Shown: positions 29,725 to 40,801 of the stretch, one piece after another
Layout: every line of letters starts with the position of its first letter
Position numbering within the stretch: the first letter of the stretch is position 1
Source of the DNA: Prevotella sp.
Lineage (GTDB): Bacteria > Bacteroidota > Bacteroidia > Bacteroidales > Dysgonomonadaceae
Length of the DNA stretch: 64,000 nt
NCBI GenBank assembly: GCA_031285625.1
Contig: JAITVV010000071.1
Coordinates: 32,001-96,000 of the forward strand
Direction: 5' to 3'
Notes under the pieces: generated by a model
Told to the model about the DNA's origin: nothing
Seen by the model: only the letters and a program-made list of their open reading frames with translations
Database searches by the model: none
Program-made: the position numbers and the translations under genes

Positions 29725-30111
29725 TTATCTGCCTGAGATGAGAAGGGTCAGAATAAGTATTAGATAATCTTTCAGCACAATTCTTAAAATTTTGATTGTC
29801 TTTGTTATATGATATTCCACAGCTTTTACACTGAGGTCATACAATTCGGCAATCTCCTTGTTGGATTTATCACCAAACCGGCTCAACATAAATATATCCT
29901 TAGTCTGTGGAGGGAGATTATCAAGTGTTTTAACCAGTAAGGACTGTATTTCACTAGAGAATAATTGTTGAGGTTCACAAGCCTCGAGAGTAGATATTCT
30001 TATATTCATATCCGCTTCGTACAGTGATTTGATATTATCAAAAGCCCGGACTTTAACGGCTTCATGCTTCAGATGATCCAATGCTTTATTCTTAAGAATG
30101 CTTATGAGTAA
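29725..30111 (-). pseudogene. 5'-truncated ECF sigma-70 factor
   Basis: Frame reads LLISILKNKALDHLKH...LPPQTKDIFMLSRFGDKSNKEIAELYDLSVKAVEYHI (region 4); in-frame stop at 30120-30118; most of region 2 missing. Confidence 0.8.
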
Positions 30112-32836
30112 GACCGCCTATGATATCAAGACCTGTACGGCCACCGCCAACATCTACAACTGTATTTTTCACATATGATGCATTTCCGCCTATATTGAAA
30201 TTTACTTTACCAATATTAAATTTATAAGATGCTTCCAACTCTATACCTTCATTCTTTACAGATCCGGCATTTGCATTCATTCCGTAAAATCCTGTATATT
30301 CCGGCAGAGGAACATATAGTAACATATCCTTGGTCTTTTTGTGGAAATAATCTGCCGTGAATGTCAAAGCGCTTTTAAAGAATCGTAGATCAAGACCTAT
30401 ATCTGTTTGTTCTGAAGTTTCCCATTTCAGGTCGCTGTTTACATATCCTGAGGTTTTACCTCCTGTAAGCACCTTGCCGTCAACAACAGCATTGTATCCC
30501 ATCGACATCATACTGGTATACCCAAAAGCTCCGATAGCCTCATTACCATTTTGTCCCCAGCCGAAACGGATTTTTCCAAAATCGAGCCAGTTTGAAGTTC
30601 CTTTCATAAAATCTTCGCGTGTAAATGCCCAGCCGACAGATACTGAAGGGAAAGTTGCATACTTATAGTTAGGTCCGAAATTTGAGGATCCATCACGTCT
30701 GATTACGGCCTCTAACAGATATTTTTCGTCATAGTTATAGTTTACACGACCGAATACAGAAGCCAGTTTGTGATCGCTACCGCCACCACTTACACGTTCG
30801 AGGCTACGGTCTCCAGTAGCGATATCTATATATACTTTGTTAGGATCAACAACTAACAGATCGTAGTCTGTACCAGAAATATTTGAAAAAGTATATGACG
30901 ACATAGTTGTACCTCCCAACAAACCCAGGTTGTGCAACCCAAAGGATTTGTTGTAAGAAACAATATTTTCCCATTGCCAGAAGAATGATTCTGTTTTTTC
31001 GTCCTCTACACGCGAAATAGTGTTCTTATCTGTTGTATTCAGGTCATATACAGGAATTGCATTCTTGATAGAATTGAATCCCCAGTCGAACCCAGCTGTC
31101 GTTTTATATTTTAATCCGGGAAGAACGGCAATATCGAGATTAAAGTTTGCACTGAATACCTGCGGAACTCTCTTTTGATTATTATTTACCTGTAATGCTG
31201 CAAATGTATTGTTCACATCATTCATGTCTATAATATTATATGCTCTTCCGTTAGGAGCTTTTATGTAATTAGGATAAGTTACTGCATATCGTTCAAGTTC
31301 TTTCGGATCATCCTGATATATGCTCTCTGTAGGAGGTAACATATTCATAGAGGAAATAATACCTCCGGCTTCAGTATTGTTTATAGTATTACCTGTTCTT
31401 GTAGTTCTTGAATAACTGGTAATTGCTCCTAATACAATGTTGTTTAACCAGGTTCTCTCTTTAGTATCAACAAGTGTATTTGAATAGTTAAGGCGTCCGT
31501 TGAACCTTTCATAATCAGCATAGCCCTTTGCCATAATACCGCTTTGTTTTACATAACCCAGCGAAACATAATAAGTACTGTTGTCACCACCTCCGCTAAG
31601 AGACATCTTGTGATTTACAACCGGAGCATTCTTGTATGTCAGTTCTTTCTGCCAATCTGTATTAATTGACGATGGAGTTTCAAAATATGGTTTCTTTCCT
31701 GAGTTCGCAGCCATCTCATTCATCATCATCTGATATTGCTGGCTATTCATCAAGTCTACCTTTCTCTCAGGATTTTGTATACCATATGTGAATTCATAAT
31801 TTAATGTCGTCTTAGACATTTTTTTCCCACCTTTTGTAGATATCAGCACCACACCATTCGCACCACGTGAACCATAGATAGCCGCAGAAGCAGCATCTTT
31901 TAATATTTCGATGGATTCGATATCCGATGGGTTCAGATGATTTATCCCGTTGTATGATGGCATACCATCGATAATATAAAGTGGATCAGAGTTGTTTACT
32001 GTACCTGTCCCACGGATACGTATTTTGGAATCGGCACCAGGTTGTCCCGACTGGGAAGTGATTTGCACTCCGGATACTTTACCCTTCAATGCATTCTGCA
32101 CATTGGTAGGATTTCCTAAGTTAAGGTCATCGCCTTCCACTTTACTGATCGCAGATGATAGTACACTTTTCTTTTGAATACCATAACCAACTGCTACAAC
32201 TTCGGTCAGCATATTGGCTGATCCTTTCATAACTACATTAATAACATTCTCATTTCCGGCATCAATGGTTCTGGTATCGTAACCAATATACGAAACTTCG
32301 ATTATAGTCCCGTTCTTCAGAGCCAGGGAGTATTTACCATCAAAGTCGGTCATGACTCCATTTGTAGTCCCTTTTTCTACAACAGTTGCCCCTATTAGAG
32401 GTTCTCCCATTTCATCGGTTACTGTTCCCGTAATTTTTCTTTCATTTTGTTGAGGTTGCTGTATCTTATCTCCTTTCATCAGCATAATATTATTGCCGGT
32501 CATGGCATAAATAATATCTGTATTACTGAAGATATTGGTTAAAACATTTGCAACTGACTGTTCTTTTGCTTTAACAGATACTTTTTGATTCAGGTTAACT
32601 TCGTTCTTGTTATATACAAACAGGTAGTCTGTTTGTTTTTCTATTTCATTCATAATTTCCCTGATAGTCCCGTTTTGTTTATGCAGACTAACTTTGGCAA
32701 TTTGAGAATGTGCTTCCTCTGCAAAGATGGCAGTTGTGAAAATAAATAAAAAGAGAAAACTGATTTTCATAATTCGTAATCCTCGTTTTAAGTGTGTTTG
32801 GAAGTAATAAGATTTCGGATACAAATATTTTTTCAT
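30092..32836 (-). pseudogene. susC: 3'-truncated SusC/RagA TonB-dependent transducer (STN domain)
   Basis: STN, plug (LKDAASAAIYGSRGANGV) and LKWETS motifs present, but the ORF ends GGLTHKHS without the final barrel strands or terminal Phe. Confidence 0.85.
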
Positions 32837-32847
32837 ATTTTTGTATA

Positions 32848-32940
32848 ACTAAGGTTAGTACTAAGATTATTTAAACTCTAGTCTGGTATAGATCTTCTGC
32901 CCGGAAAATGTTGGAGCATTTTCCGGGCATTTCTTTTTAT
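32848..32940 (+). ncRNA. Candidate cis-antisense sRNA to the susC leader
   Basis: Plus-strand TATTTTTG box at 32836-32843 and hairpin TGCCCGGAAAATG/CATTTTCCGGGCA + T-run at 32898-32940. Confidence 0.5.
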
Positions 32941-32994
32941 TTTTTAGTTTATCATAGGCAAAAAATATTTTTAAGGTTGTTATTCGTTCTGCAA

Positions 32995-33957
32995 TTATAA
33001 AATAGTAATGGTGTTTGTAGAATCATCCCGTGTATATTTGAACTTATGCTTCAGTTGTAATACTTTCAACACTTGTTCGACACCATCTTTTGTTCTGAAT
33101 TTTCCTGAATATCTGTGCGTAATTATAGATTTGTTTTGTAAGTCTATCTTAATGTCGAAATATAATTCCAGTTTTTTCATTATTTCCTGTACAGTCTCAT
33201 TATCAAAGTAGATAATGCCTTCTTTCCATAATAAATAATTCTGATCGGTAAGGGCAGCTGTCTTTAATTCACCTCCTTCGGCATATGCAATATTATTTGG
33301 TGAGAGTAGGCAGGAAGACTGTTGATCATGCGATTTCACTTCTACCGAACCTTTTATTAATGAAGTCTCGAATAGTTCAGAGCCCCTATAAGCCATCACA
33401 TTGAATTCGGTACCCAGAACCTTTACGTTATATTTCTCTGTCTTTACAGTAAAAGGTCTTTTTTCATCTTTCTCTACATCGAAATAACCTTCTCCATCCA
33501 GATAAACTTCTCTGTGATCCTGATCAAATTTTTCAGGGAAAATCAATTTAGTTTTAGCGTTTAGCCAAACTTTTGTGCCATCAGCTAATGTGATTTCGGC
33601 CCTTTGCCCCGGTGGAACAAATATTGTGTTTTTTACGGCTTCTGTTTTTATGGCTCCAGGGGCATCGAAGAATTTAATAAAAATGTAACTCCCTAATATA
33701 GCAATGACAAATATTGCTGCATATTTAGAAAAAGATATAAGCTGCTTTCTGATATTCTTTCTTTCTTCTTTTGGTTCAGAAAGGACATTACCATTCTCTT
33801 CATATTCGTTCCAAAGAAGTGCATCATATATTTTATGAAGAGTTTTATACTCATTCATATTCTCAGGCGATTCTTCGATCCAGGAAATCACTGTATCGCG
33901 TTCGTCATCTGTCAGATAATCTCCTTTTATATATTTCTTCAAAAGCTCTTCGTTCAT
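32995..33957 (-). CDS. FecR-family anti-sigma factor
   Basis: ITLADGTKVWLNA, VYLDGEGYFDV, VLGTEFNV, WKEG; upstream of STN-SusC. Confidence 0.93.
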   Translation of the reverse strand: MNEELLKKYIKGDYLTDDERDTVISWIEESPENMNEYKTLHKIYDALLWNEYEENGNVLSEPKEERKNIRKQLISFSKYAAIFVIAILGSYIFIKFFDAPGAIKTEAVKNTIFVPPGQRAEITLADGTKVWLNAKTKLIFPEKFDQDHREVYLDGEGYFDVEKDEKRPFTVKTEKYNVKVLGTEFNVMAYRGSELFETSLIKGSVEVKSHDQQSSCLLSPNNIAYAEGGELKTAALTDQNYLLWKEGIIYFDNETVQEIMKKLELYFDIKIDLQNKSIITHRYSGKFRTKDGVEQVLKVLQLKHKFKYTRDDSTNTITIL

Positions 33958-34068
33958 CGTTTTATTTTTAGCCTTACATTATATAAAACGATTCAGAAAG
34001 AAATAACCCTAAATAAAAAATGAATTTATTCAGGGTTATTTCTTTTCTAGTAGGTCCAAAAGGAAATC

Positions 34069-36291
34069 TTATTTCAATTTGAATCCTATTTTGGATTTTA
34101 TATCTGTTGCAGAAACTCCGATTAGCGCTTCGAAGTCACCACTTTCGGCTACCCAGTCATGTTTCTTATCATCAAAGAAGCTTAATGCAGTCTTATCAAT
34201 AGTAAAAGTAACTGTTTTTTCTTCTCCCGGTTTCAGGTTTACTTTTTCAAAACCTTTGAGTTCTTTTACAGGACGAGGAAGTGATGATTTGAGATCGCTG
34301 ATATATAACTGTACTACTTCAGCACCTTCGCGATTTCCTGTATTCTTCACACTCACATAAAAAGAGATTTTGCCATCGGCTGTCATTTCTTTATTATCAG
34401 CTGATGCTTTTCCATACTCAAAAGTAGTATAGCTAAGACCATGTCCGAATGGGAATAATGGTTTAATTTTCTCTTTGTCTATCCAGCGGTATCCTACAAA
34501 GATACTTTCATGATATGTCGCTTCTTTGTTCAGTCCCGGATAATCACCCAGCTTATGAGCGCCATTATCATCTAATTTTACAGGGAATGTAAATGGCAAC
34601 TTGCCTGATGGATTTGCATCTCCTGCAAGGATGGAAGCTAATGCTGTACCTGACTCAGTACCATTATACCATGATTGAACTATGGCAGGTACGTCATTTA
34701 TCCAAGGCATTGCTATCGCATTACCGGAGATATTGACTACGATAAGATTCTTATTCGCTTTCGCCAGTTCTGCTATTACATTGTCCTGTCCATAAGAAAG
34801 ATTTAATGCTTTACGGTCGTTCCCTTCACTATCCTGACCATCACTTTTGTTCAGTCCTCCTATAAATATCACAACATCGGCATCCTTAGCAAGCTTAGTA
34901 GCTTCGCCAATCAGTTCAGCAGCCGAACGAGAATCATGGAGATCTCTTTTCAATTTTACTCCGTTATACTCACTGGTAGGATCACCTACATAACCACGGG
35001 CATAGGTTATTTCAGCTTGTGTGCCCATACGTTTCATTATTCCGTCTAACGGAGCTATTTCATATTTTGCTTTCAGGGAAGAACTACCGCCACCCACAGT
35101 CATCGGCTTAATCGCATTTTCACCAACGACCAGGATCTTTTTTGTCTTATTCAGGTCGATTGGTAAAACATTGTTATTGTTCTTCAAAAGAACAATACCT
35201 CCTTCGGCAATCTTACGTCCTGCCGCAGCATGTTCAGGAGTTCCAAATGAGCCCCAAGGACGTTTTGTATTCATTGTAGTGCGAAATGCCAGACGTAATA
35301 TATTACGAACTTTTTTATCCACTTCTTCTACTTTTACTTCGCCTGAATACAGAAGCTTCAGAAAAGGATTAGCCAGATAGTAGTTGTCATAGGCATTACT
35401 TGCGCCTTCGCTCAGTCCGTCTGTCCAAGAGCCAAATTCCATATCAAGACCGTTATAGATAGCCTGCTTTGTGTTATTAACACCGCCCCAATCGGAAACA
35501 ACCACACCATCAAATCCCCATTCTCCACGAAGAATGTCATTCAACAGGTACTGATTATGGCATGCCCATTCCCCTTTATATCTGTTGTACGCACCCATAA
35601 TTGCCCAGGCTTTACCCTCCTGTACGGCAGCTTTGAATGCAGGCAGATAAATTTCGTATAGAGTACGGTCATCAACATTTACATTCACGGTATGGCGGTC
35701 AATTTCCTGATTATTCAATGCATAATGTTTTACACAAGCAGCAACCCCATTGGCCTGTACTCCCTGAATATAAGGAACCACCATCTTGGAAGCCAGAAAC
35801 GGATCTTCACCCATGTATTCAAAATTACGACCATTAAGAGGTGTACGATAAATATTTACACCGGGTCCTAGCAAAATATTCTTGTTGCGGTAACGAGCTT
35901 CTTCGCCGATACTTTTTCCATAAAGAGCAGATAAGTCTTTATCCCAGGTTGCAGCAAGGCATGTAAGTGCCGGAAATGCTATACATGAATCATTCGTCCA
36001 TCCTGCCTGATCCCATTCATCCCACAAAACTTCGGGACGTATACCATGAGGCCCGTCCGTAGCCCAGTTTTCAGGAATACCCAAACGGGGAACACCCGCC
36101 GAACTGAATTTGGATTGAGCATGACACATGGCTACCTTCTCTTCCAGTGTCATTCTGGAAAGGGCATCTTCTACCCGTTGTTCTATAGGCTTTGATTCAT
36201 CTAAGTAGATAGGTAAGTTGTTTTGTCCTACCATATTTACACTTATGGTACCCATAAGGATACACAACAGTGTTATTACTGGTTTCAGCAT
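34069..36291 (-). CDS. GH3 beta-glucosidase
   Basis: DGPHG, GRNFEYMGEDP, VKHYALN, VVSDWGG, PSGKLPFTFP, FGHGLSYT, Fn3 C-terminus. Confidence 0.95.
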   Translation of the reverse strand: MLKPVITLLCILMGTISVNMVGQNNLPIYLDESKPIEQRVEDALSRMTLEEKVAMCHAQSKFSSAGVPRLGIPENWATDGPHGIRPEVLWDEWDQAGWTNDSCIAFPALTCLAATWDKDLSALYGKSIGEEARYRNKNILLGPGVNIYRTPLNGRNFEYMGEDPFLASKMVVPYIQGVQANGVAACVKHYALNNQEIDRHTVNVNVDDRTLYEIYLPAFKAAVQEGKAWAIMGAYNRYKGEWACHNQYLLNDILRGEWGFDGVVVSDWGGVNNTKQAIYNGLDMEFGSWTDGLSEGASNAYDNYYLANPFLKLLYSGEVKVEEVDKKVRNILRLAFRTTMNTKRPWGSFGTPEHAAAGRKIAEGGIVLLKNNNNVLPIDLNKTKKILVVGENAIKPMTVGGGSSSLKAKYEIAPLDGIMKRMGTQAEITYARGYVGDPTSEYNGVKLKRDLHDSRSAAELIGEATKLAKDADVVIFIGGLNKSDGQDSEGNDRKALNLSYGQDNVIAELAKANKNLIVVNISGNAIAMPWINDVPAIVQSWYNGTESGTALASILAGDANPSGKLPFTFPVKLDDNGAHKLGDYPGLNKEATYHESIFVGYRWIDKEKIKPLFPFGHGLSYTTFEYGKASADNKEMTADGKISFYVSVKNTGNREGAEVVQLYISDLKSSLPRPVKELKGFEKVNLKPGEEKTVTFTIDKTALSFFDDKKHDWVAESGDFEALIGVSATDIKSKIGFKLK

Positions 36292-36360
36292 AATTGATAA
36301 ATTGATAAGTTAGTATTCTAGTCTTCCGGGATGATTCGGACACAAATATACTCTTTATTA

Positions 36361-37815
36361 TTATTTCCAAATACAGGAAATAACAGATTTTGATGGAACA
36401 TTGTATGTGAACGAGTTATTACCCTGTTGTATTGTTACATTTCTATCCATCGACATATCATTTTGTAACACAATAGAATATGTATTATCCGGATTCTCGA
36501 AAGCAGAATAATATATACCTTCTGTAGTATTACCCTCCGACTTGATACGATGACTTCCCGGCTTAATTACTTTAGACAAATGTGCCATTGCATAATAGTG
36601 GCTGTTTTTATCCATGGTAGCATAGTCATTCGAATCTATTGTGATGCATCCTAAACAGATATTACAGCCACCCGGACGATCCGGACCGTGTTTGTCATCA
36701 AGCATATAGTTCCACATAATAACTGCTTTGTTATAATTATTGATAGTACCTATACAAACCTCACGCATATTCCACATCATATCTACAGCAAAAGAATATC
36801 CTTCACCCCACAGGCCAATAGACATTTCAGTAAAGTATAGGTTTTTGTCGGGACGGGTATTGTGAATTATAAGCAATTCTTCTTTCTCACCTCCATAAGC
36901 ATGATAAGCAGCCCCATCAATATATTTTGCAGCATCTGCGTCTTCATATATTCTTAGTGGATATTGTTGTTGATCGAGATTCTCTTCTTTATCCTCATCA
37001 TAATTGTAATTGTGGTCGTATACAACAATCTTAGTTTTTATACCCGCTTTTTCGAATGCCGGGCCTAATGCCTGTTTTACGAAGTCGCGCTGTTCCTGCC
37101 AGGTCATATATAAAGACATGGAGTTACCTCTGTTCAATGGTTCATTCTGTATTGTGATGGCATCTATGTAAAAGCCTTCTGCCTCCATTGCCTGAAGGTA
37201 TTTTACAAAATATGTAGCATAATCTTGATAATATTTTGGATTTAGCTGCCCGCTAGTCCATGAATCGAAAGGTTTCAAATCTTTCAAATTATTCACTTTC
37301 ATCCATTTAGGGCAAGACCATGGAGAAGCCATTATTTTAACTTCAGGATTAATCGCCTTTATTTCTTTTAATATAGGGAAAAGATCACGCTTATCATCTT
37401 CGTGCATCGTAAAGTTTTCTATTCCCGGTTTATCACAATATGTATATTCGTCTAAAGAGAAATCGGAAGCTCCTATTGAGATACGGATATAACTATAACC
37501 AAAGCCCTCTTTTGGATCAAAGGTTTCTTTCAAGATAGCCGTCCGGTTTTCCGGTGTCATCTTTAGCAGATTATAACAGCTGGAACCTGTAATAGCAGCG
37601 CCAAACCCATCCATTTCCTGATATTTTTCTTCGGGATATAGAGTGATAGTATTATCTGTGGTTTGTGTTTCGGATTTTGCCTTTAATACGACAGAATCTT
37701 TTTGCATTGTTTTTGTCTTATCGGCTGTAGTCGTGTACACATCTACAAAAGCCTGCTTCTGGGTACAAGAAAACAGGATAAAACAAGATAATGCCGTGTA
37801 AATAATTTTTTTCAT
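36361..37815 (-). CDS. GH30 glycoside hydrolase (GH30_3 endo-beta-1,6-glucanase-like), lipoprotein
   Basis: GFGAAITGS, IGASDFS, ASPWS, QNEP acid/base, FTE nucleophile. Confidence 0.9.
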   Translation of the reverse strand: MKKIIYTALSCFILFSCTQKQAFVDVYTTTADKTKTMQKDSVVLKAKSETQTTDNTITLYPEEKYQEMDGFGAAITGSSCYNLLKMTPENRTAILKETFDPKEGFGYSYIRISIGASDFSLDEYTYCDKPGIENFTMHEDDKRDLFPILKEIKAINPEVKIMASPWSCPKWMKVNNLKDLKPFDSWTSGQLNPKYYQDYATYFVKYLQAMEAEGFYIDAITIQNEPLNRGNSMSLYMTWQEQRDFVKQALGPAFEKAGIKTKIVVYDHNYNYDEDKEENLDQQQYPLRIYEDADAAKYIDGAAYHAYGGEKEELLIIHNTRPDKNLYFTEMSIGLWGEGYSFAVDMMWNMREVCIGTINNYNKAVIMWNYMLDDKHGPDRPGGCNICLGCITIDSNDYATMDKNSHYYAMAHLSKVIKPGSHRIKSEGNTTEGIYYSAFENPDNTYSIVLQNDMSMDRNVTIQQGNNSFTYNVPSKSVISCIWK

Positions 37816-37892
37816 GAGAATTTATGTTCAAGTTTTTCAAAAAGGAGCCTGCACTCAAAATTAACCATATTACAGGCTCCACCAAACAATCT

Positions 37893-39341
37893 TTATTTCA
37901 AAATAAATGATGCTACAGCAGAATTAGGCACATTATAAACAAATCGTTTACTTGTTGCCTGATCTTTTACTGTAAGATTAATATTGTTACCCGATTCGTT
38001 TACTACAATAAGTCCTTTTGTTCCGTCAGGATTTAGGAAAGCAGTAGCAGTAGCTCCATCAGGGAATACTCCTGCAAATGAAGTGCTAATCATTTTAGCC
38101 CCGCTGCGGCATACTTTTCCAAAATGGCTTAACATATAATATTCCAATTCTTTTTTGTATTCATCACCATCGATGGTGACAATACCTCTACAGTCTTCAC
38201 AGAATACACCACCCGGTGTCACCGGACCGTGTTGTGAGTTAAGGGCAACATTAAACATCATGTAATTACTAGAACCATTCTGGATACATGGCACTAAGAA
38301 ATCTGTCATATAATAAAACATAGTTTCCATCTCTGTTCCTGTATTCCAACCACCACCAGATAATTCCGTCTCATAAATACTTTTATCAGGAAACGCCGCT
38401 TTCACCGCATTTATTGCTGATGGATTCCCTGCATATCCGTGAAATGCTGTTCCATTAATATACTGATTAGCTGTAGCATCGCTCAGAACATTTATTGCAT
38501 AATCATAAATATCAAAGTTATGGTCTAAGATAAGTATCTTAGTTGTAATTCCTACAGCTTTAAATTTAGGGCCAAGATATTTACCTATTATCTCCGCTTG
38601 TTCCTGCCATGACATTTTCATTGAAGGGTGGACTCCCGACTCAAAATCGGCTTCGTTTTGTAACGTGATGGCATCAATGGTAATACCTTCCGCTTTCATA
38701 GCCTGAACATATTTTACAAAGTATGTAGCATAATCATCATAAACCTCAGGTCCTTTAAGGGTTCCATTATTCAATTTGCCCGAACTCTTCATCCATGCCG
38801 GAGGAGACCATGGGCTGGCAATCAATTTTATATTAGGGTTGATTGCAAGGATTTCTTTTAAAACAGGAAGTAAATCACGCTTGTCTATTTCCGGTATAGC
38901 AAAGTTTTCTATTCCAGCCTTATCACAATAAGTATACAGATCCATAGAGAAATCCGACGCCCCGATACACAGGCGTAAACTTTCCAGTCCTGCTCCTTCT
39001 CTCGGATCAAATAATTCTTTCAAAACATTTGCCCGAGCTTCAGCACCCATTTGTTTTAACAAATATGCGGAAGAGCCTGTAAGACCGCCGCCAAACCCGT
39101 CGATAGTCTGATATTTTACAGTAGGATCAATGCGAACGACTACATCTGTGATATCATTAGAGTATTCCAAAGGGAGCTCTTTCATCATATATACTTTCGA
39201 CTGTGTAGTCAGCCACATTCTCACTTCGTTGTTCTCTGTTGAACCTTGTTGGTCTTCATCCGCAAAACCCGAGTCAGTGTTATAATCAACACATGAAGTC
39301 GCAAGAATCAGAGATAATATAGGGATTAAATATTTTTTCAT
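37893..39341 (-). CDS. GH30 glycoside hydrolase, second paralog, lipoprotein
   Basis: GFGGGLTGS, IGASDFS, ASPWSPPAWMK, QNEA, YETE. Confidence 0.9.
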   Translation of the reverse strand: MKKYLIPILSLILATSCVDYNTDSGFADEDQQGSTENNEVRMWLTTQSKVYMMKELPLEYSNDITDVVVRIDPTVKYQTIDGFGGGLTGSSAYLLKQMGAEARANVLKELFDPREGAGLESLRLCIGASDFSMDLYTYCDKAGIENFAIPEIDKRDLLPVLKEILAINPNIKLIASPWSPPAWMKSSGKLNNGTLKGPEVYDDYATYFVKYVQAMKAEGITIDAITLQNEADFESGVHPSMKMSWQEQAEIIGKYLGPKFKAVGITTKILILDHNFDIYDYAINVLSDATANQYINGTAFHGYAGNPSAINAVKAAFPDKSIYETELSGGGWNTGTEMETMFYYMTDFLVPCIQNGSSNYMMFNVALNSQHGPVTPGGVFCEDCRGIVTIDGDEYKKELEYYMLSHFGKVCRSGAKMISTSFAGVFPDGATATAFLNPDGTKGLIVVNESGNNINLTVKDQATSKRFVYNVPNSAVASFILK

Positions 39342-39413
39342 ATTTATTTTTCTTTGGTTTCGCCCTGTCTCTGTGATAGAAACAGAGCGAAAGTTTTACT
39401 TGTGTTTAATTAT

Positions 39414-40781
39414 TTAAGGTAATGTTACACTTTCGGCAGTTACTACCTTAGTTGCCAGATTAATCGTTATCTTATAGTTTCCGGATACAGCTCCATCAGC
39501 AGCATACCAGTTACCATCATCTTTACCCAAGTCAGTATCTTTAGCTATGAGGGAAGGCATTGTATAATCAGATGATTTCTTTTCATTTGCCCAATCCCTG
39601 TTTTCAAATGGTTTGAAGTTTGCTTTTGTAGCATCAAAGTATACCACTGCCTGATAAATATCGGTTGTCACCTTACGGAATACAATAGCTTGCAATGGCG
39701 CGTTGAAATCCCAAGTTGTGTGAGCTTCTTCTTTTACTTTAGATGGATATCCCAGACCTTCTCCGGCAGCAAGCAGTACATTCGGATATGCCCTGTCGGC
39801 AGGATCTACAATTACTACTTTGCGGGTTTCGCTATAATATAAATCGTAACTTCCGGCATCTCCTATGAATTTAACCGTCTCATCAGAGGTGCGTTCAAAG
39901 TAGTTGAGATCATATACAATATCGGTAGAAGTAAGTTCGTCAAACAGGTTTACATCCTGATTTTTCTCGAAAGAACGGGATAATTTCTTAAATGCTTCAC
40001 CGCTGGCTGTTACATCGCCAAAGTTGTCCAAAACAAGATCATTCGGATTAAGCTTATCTCCGGCAAAGGCTGTTGCAAACATATAATTATCGAATGTGAT
40101 ACCTGTAATATAATCGACAGTAGTACTTGTAGTGGTGATATAGTCTCCTGTCTCATCAACCAGTTGAATTGCTCCGGCTTTGAGCCCCCATACATGTCCT
40201 GTGAAATCAATTTGATTGTCAGCAGTTAGTTTCTCAGCGATTCTGTAGCGAAGGCTGTTAGACTTGATCATTACTTCTGGTGATTCATATTTATCTGATT
40301 TTGTTGCCTGAGGGGTTAATGTGAATACTTCCCCATTATCAAGAACCATATACAACTTATTATAGTAAGTTCTCTTTCCTTTCAGCCCGGCTATGCTTCC
40401 GGCAGTTTCATCCCCTTCCACATTGATGAGGGTTAACAATACTTCTATAGTTGCATCTTCGGGCAATTCACTTGTATATGCCACCTTGAATTTAGATGAA
40501 ACTTCTGCACTGTTGCCGGAAGTCCGGATTGATTGCTGTGCAATAAGTACATCGTTTACAATCATTTTCATTTCTAAGGAAGACAGAGGAGTTGTAGGAT
40601 CAGATACCTTTGCTGTGATGACAACTGAATCTCCATATGCAAAGATCGAAGGATTGATCGTAGCCGATTCTATTACCGGTGTCGAATGCGGAAAAGTTGT
40701 CCGGGTATCTTCTTCCTCACACGATGTGAATAGAAGGCATGCACATAATCCGCATATGATGGTTTTATATATAGATTTCAT
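39414..40781 (-). CDS. Surface glycan-binding lipoprotein (SusE/F-positioned)
   Basis: Lipobox FTSC-EEED; directly downstream of SusD; beta-rich domains ending GNYKITINL. Confidence 0.75.
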   Translation of the reverse strand: MKSIYKTIICGLCACLLFTSCEEEDTRTTFPHSTPVIESATINPSIFAYGDSVVITAKVSDPTTPLSSLEMKMIVNDVLIAQQSIRTSGNSAEVSSKFKVAYTSELPEDATIEVLLTLINVEGDETAGSIAGLKGKRTYYNKLYMVLDNGEVFTLTPQATKSDKYESPEVMIKSNSLRYRIAEKLTADNQIDFTGHVWGLKAGAIQLVDETGDYITTTSTTVDYITGITFDNYMFATAFAGDKLNPNDLVLDNFGDVTASGEAFKKLSRSFEKNQDVNLFDELTSTDIVYDLNYFERTSDETVKFIGDAGSYDLYYSETRKVVIVDPADRAYPNVLLAAGEGLGYPSKVKEEAHTTWDFNAPLQAIVFRKVTTDIYQAVVYFDATKANFKPFENRDWANEKKSSDYTMPSLIAKDTDLGKDDGNWYAADGAVSGNYKITINLATKVVTAESVTLP

Positions 40782-40801
40782 ATATTTTTCAATATTTAAG
40801 A

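Noticed and set aside
33997-34045. 14-bp inverted repeat as a possible invertible promoter
   Set aside because: Better explained as the GH3 terminator / fecR upstream hairpin; spacer is short and there is no adjacent invertase
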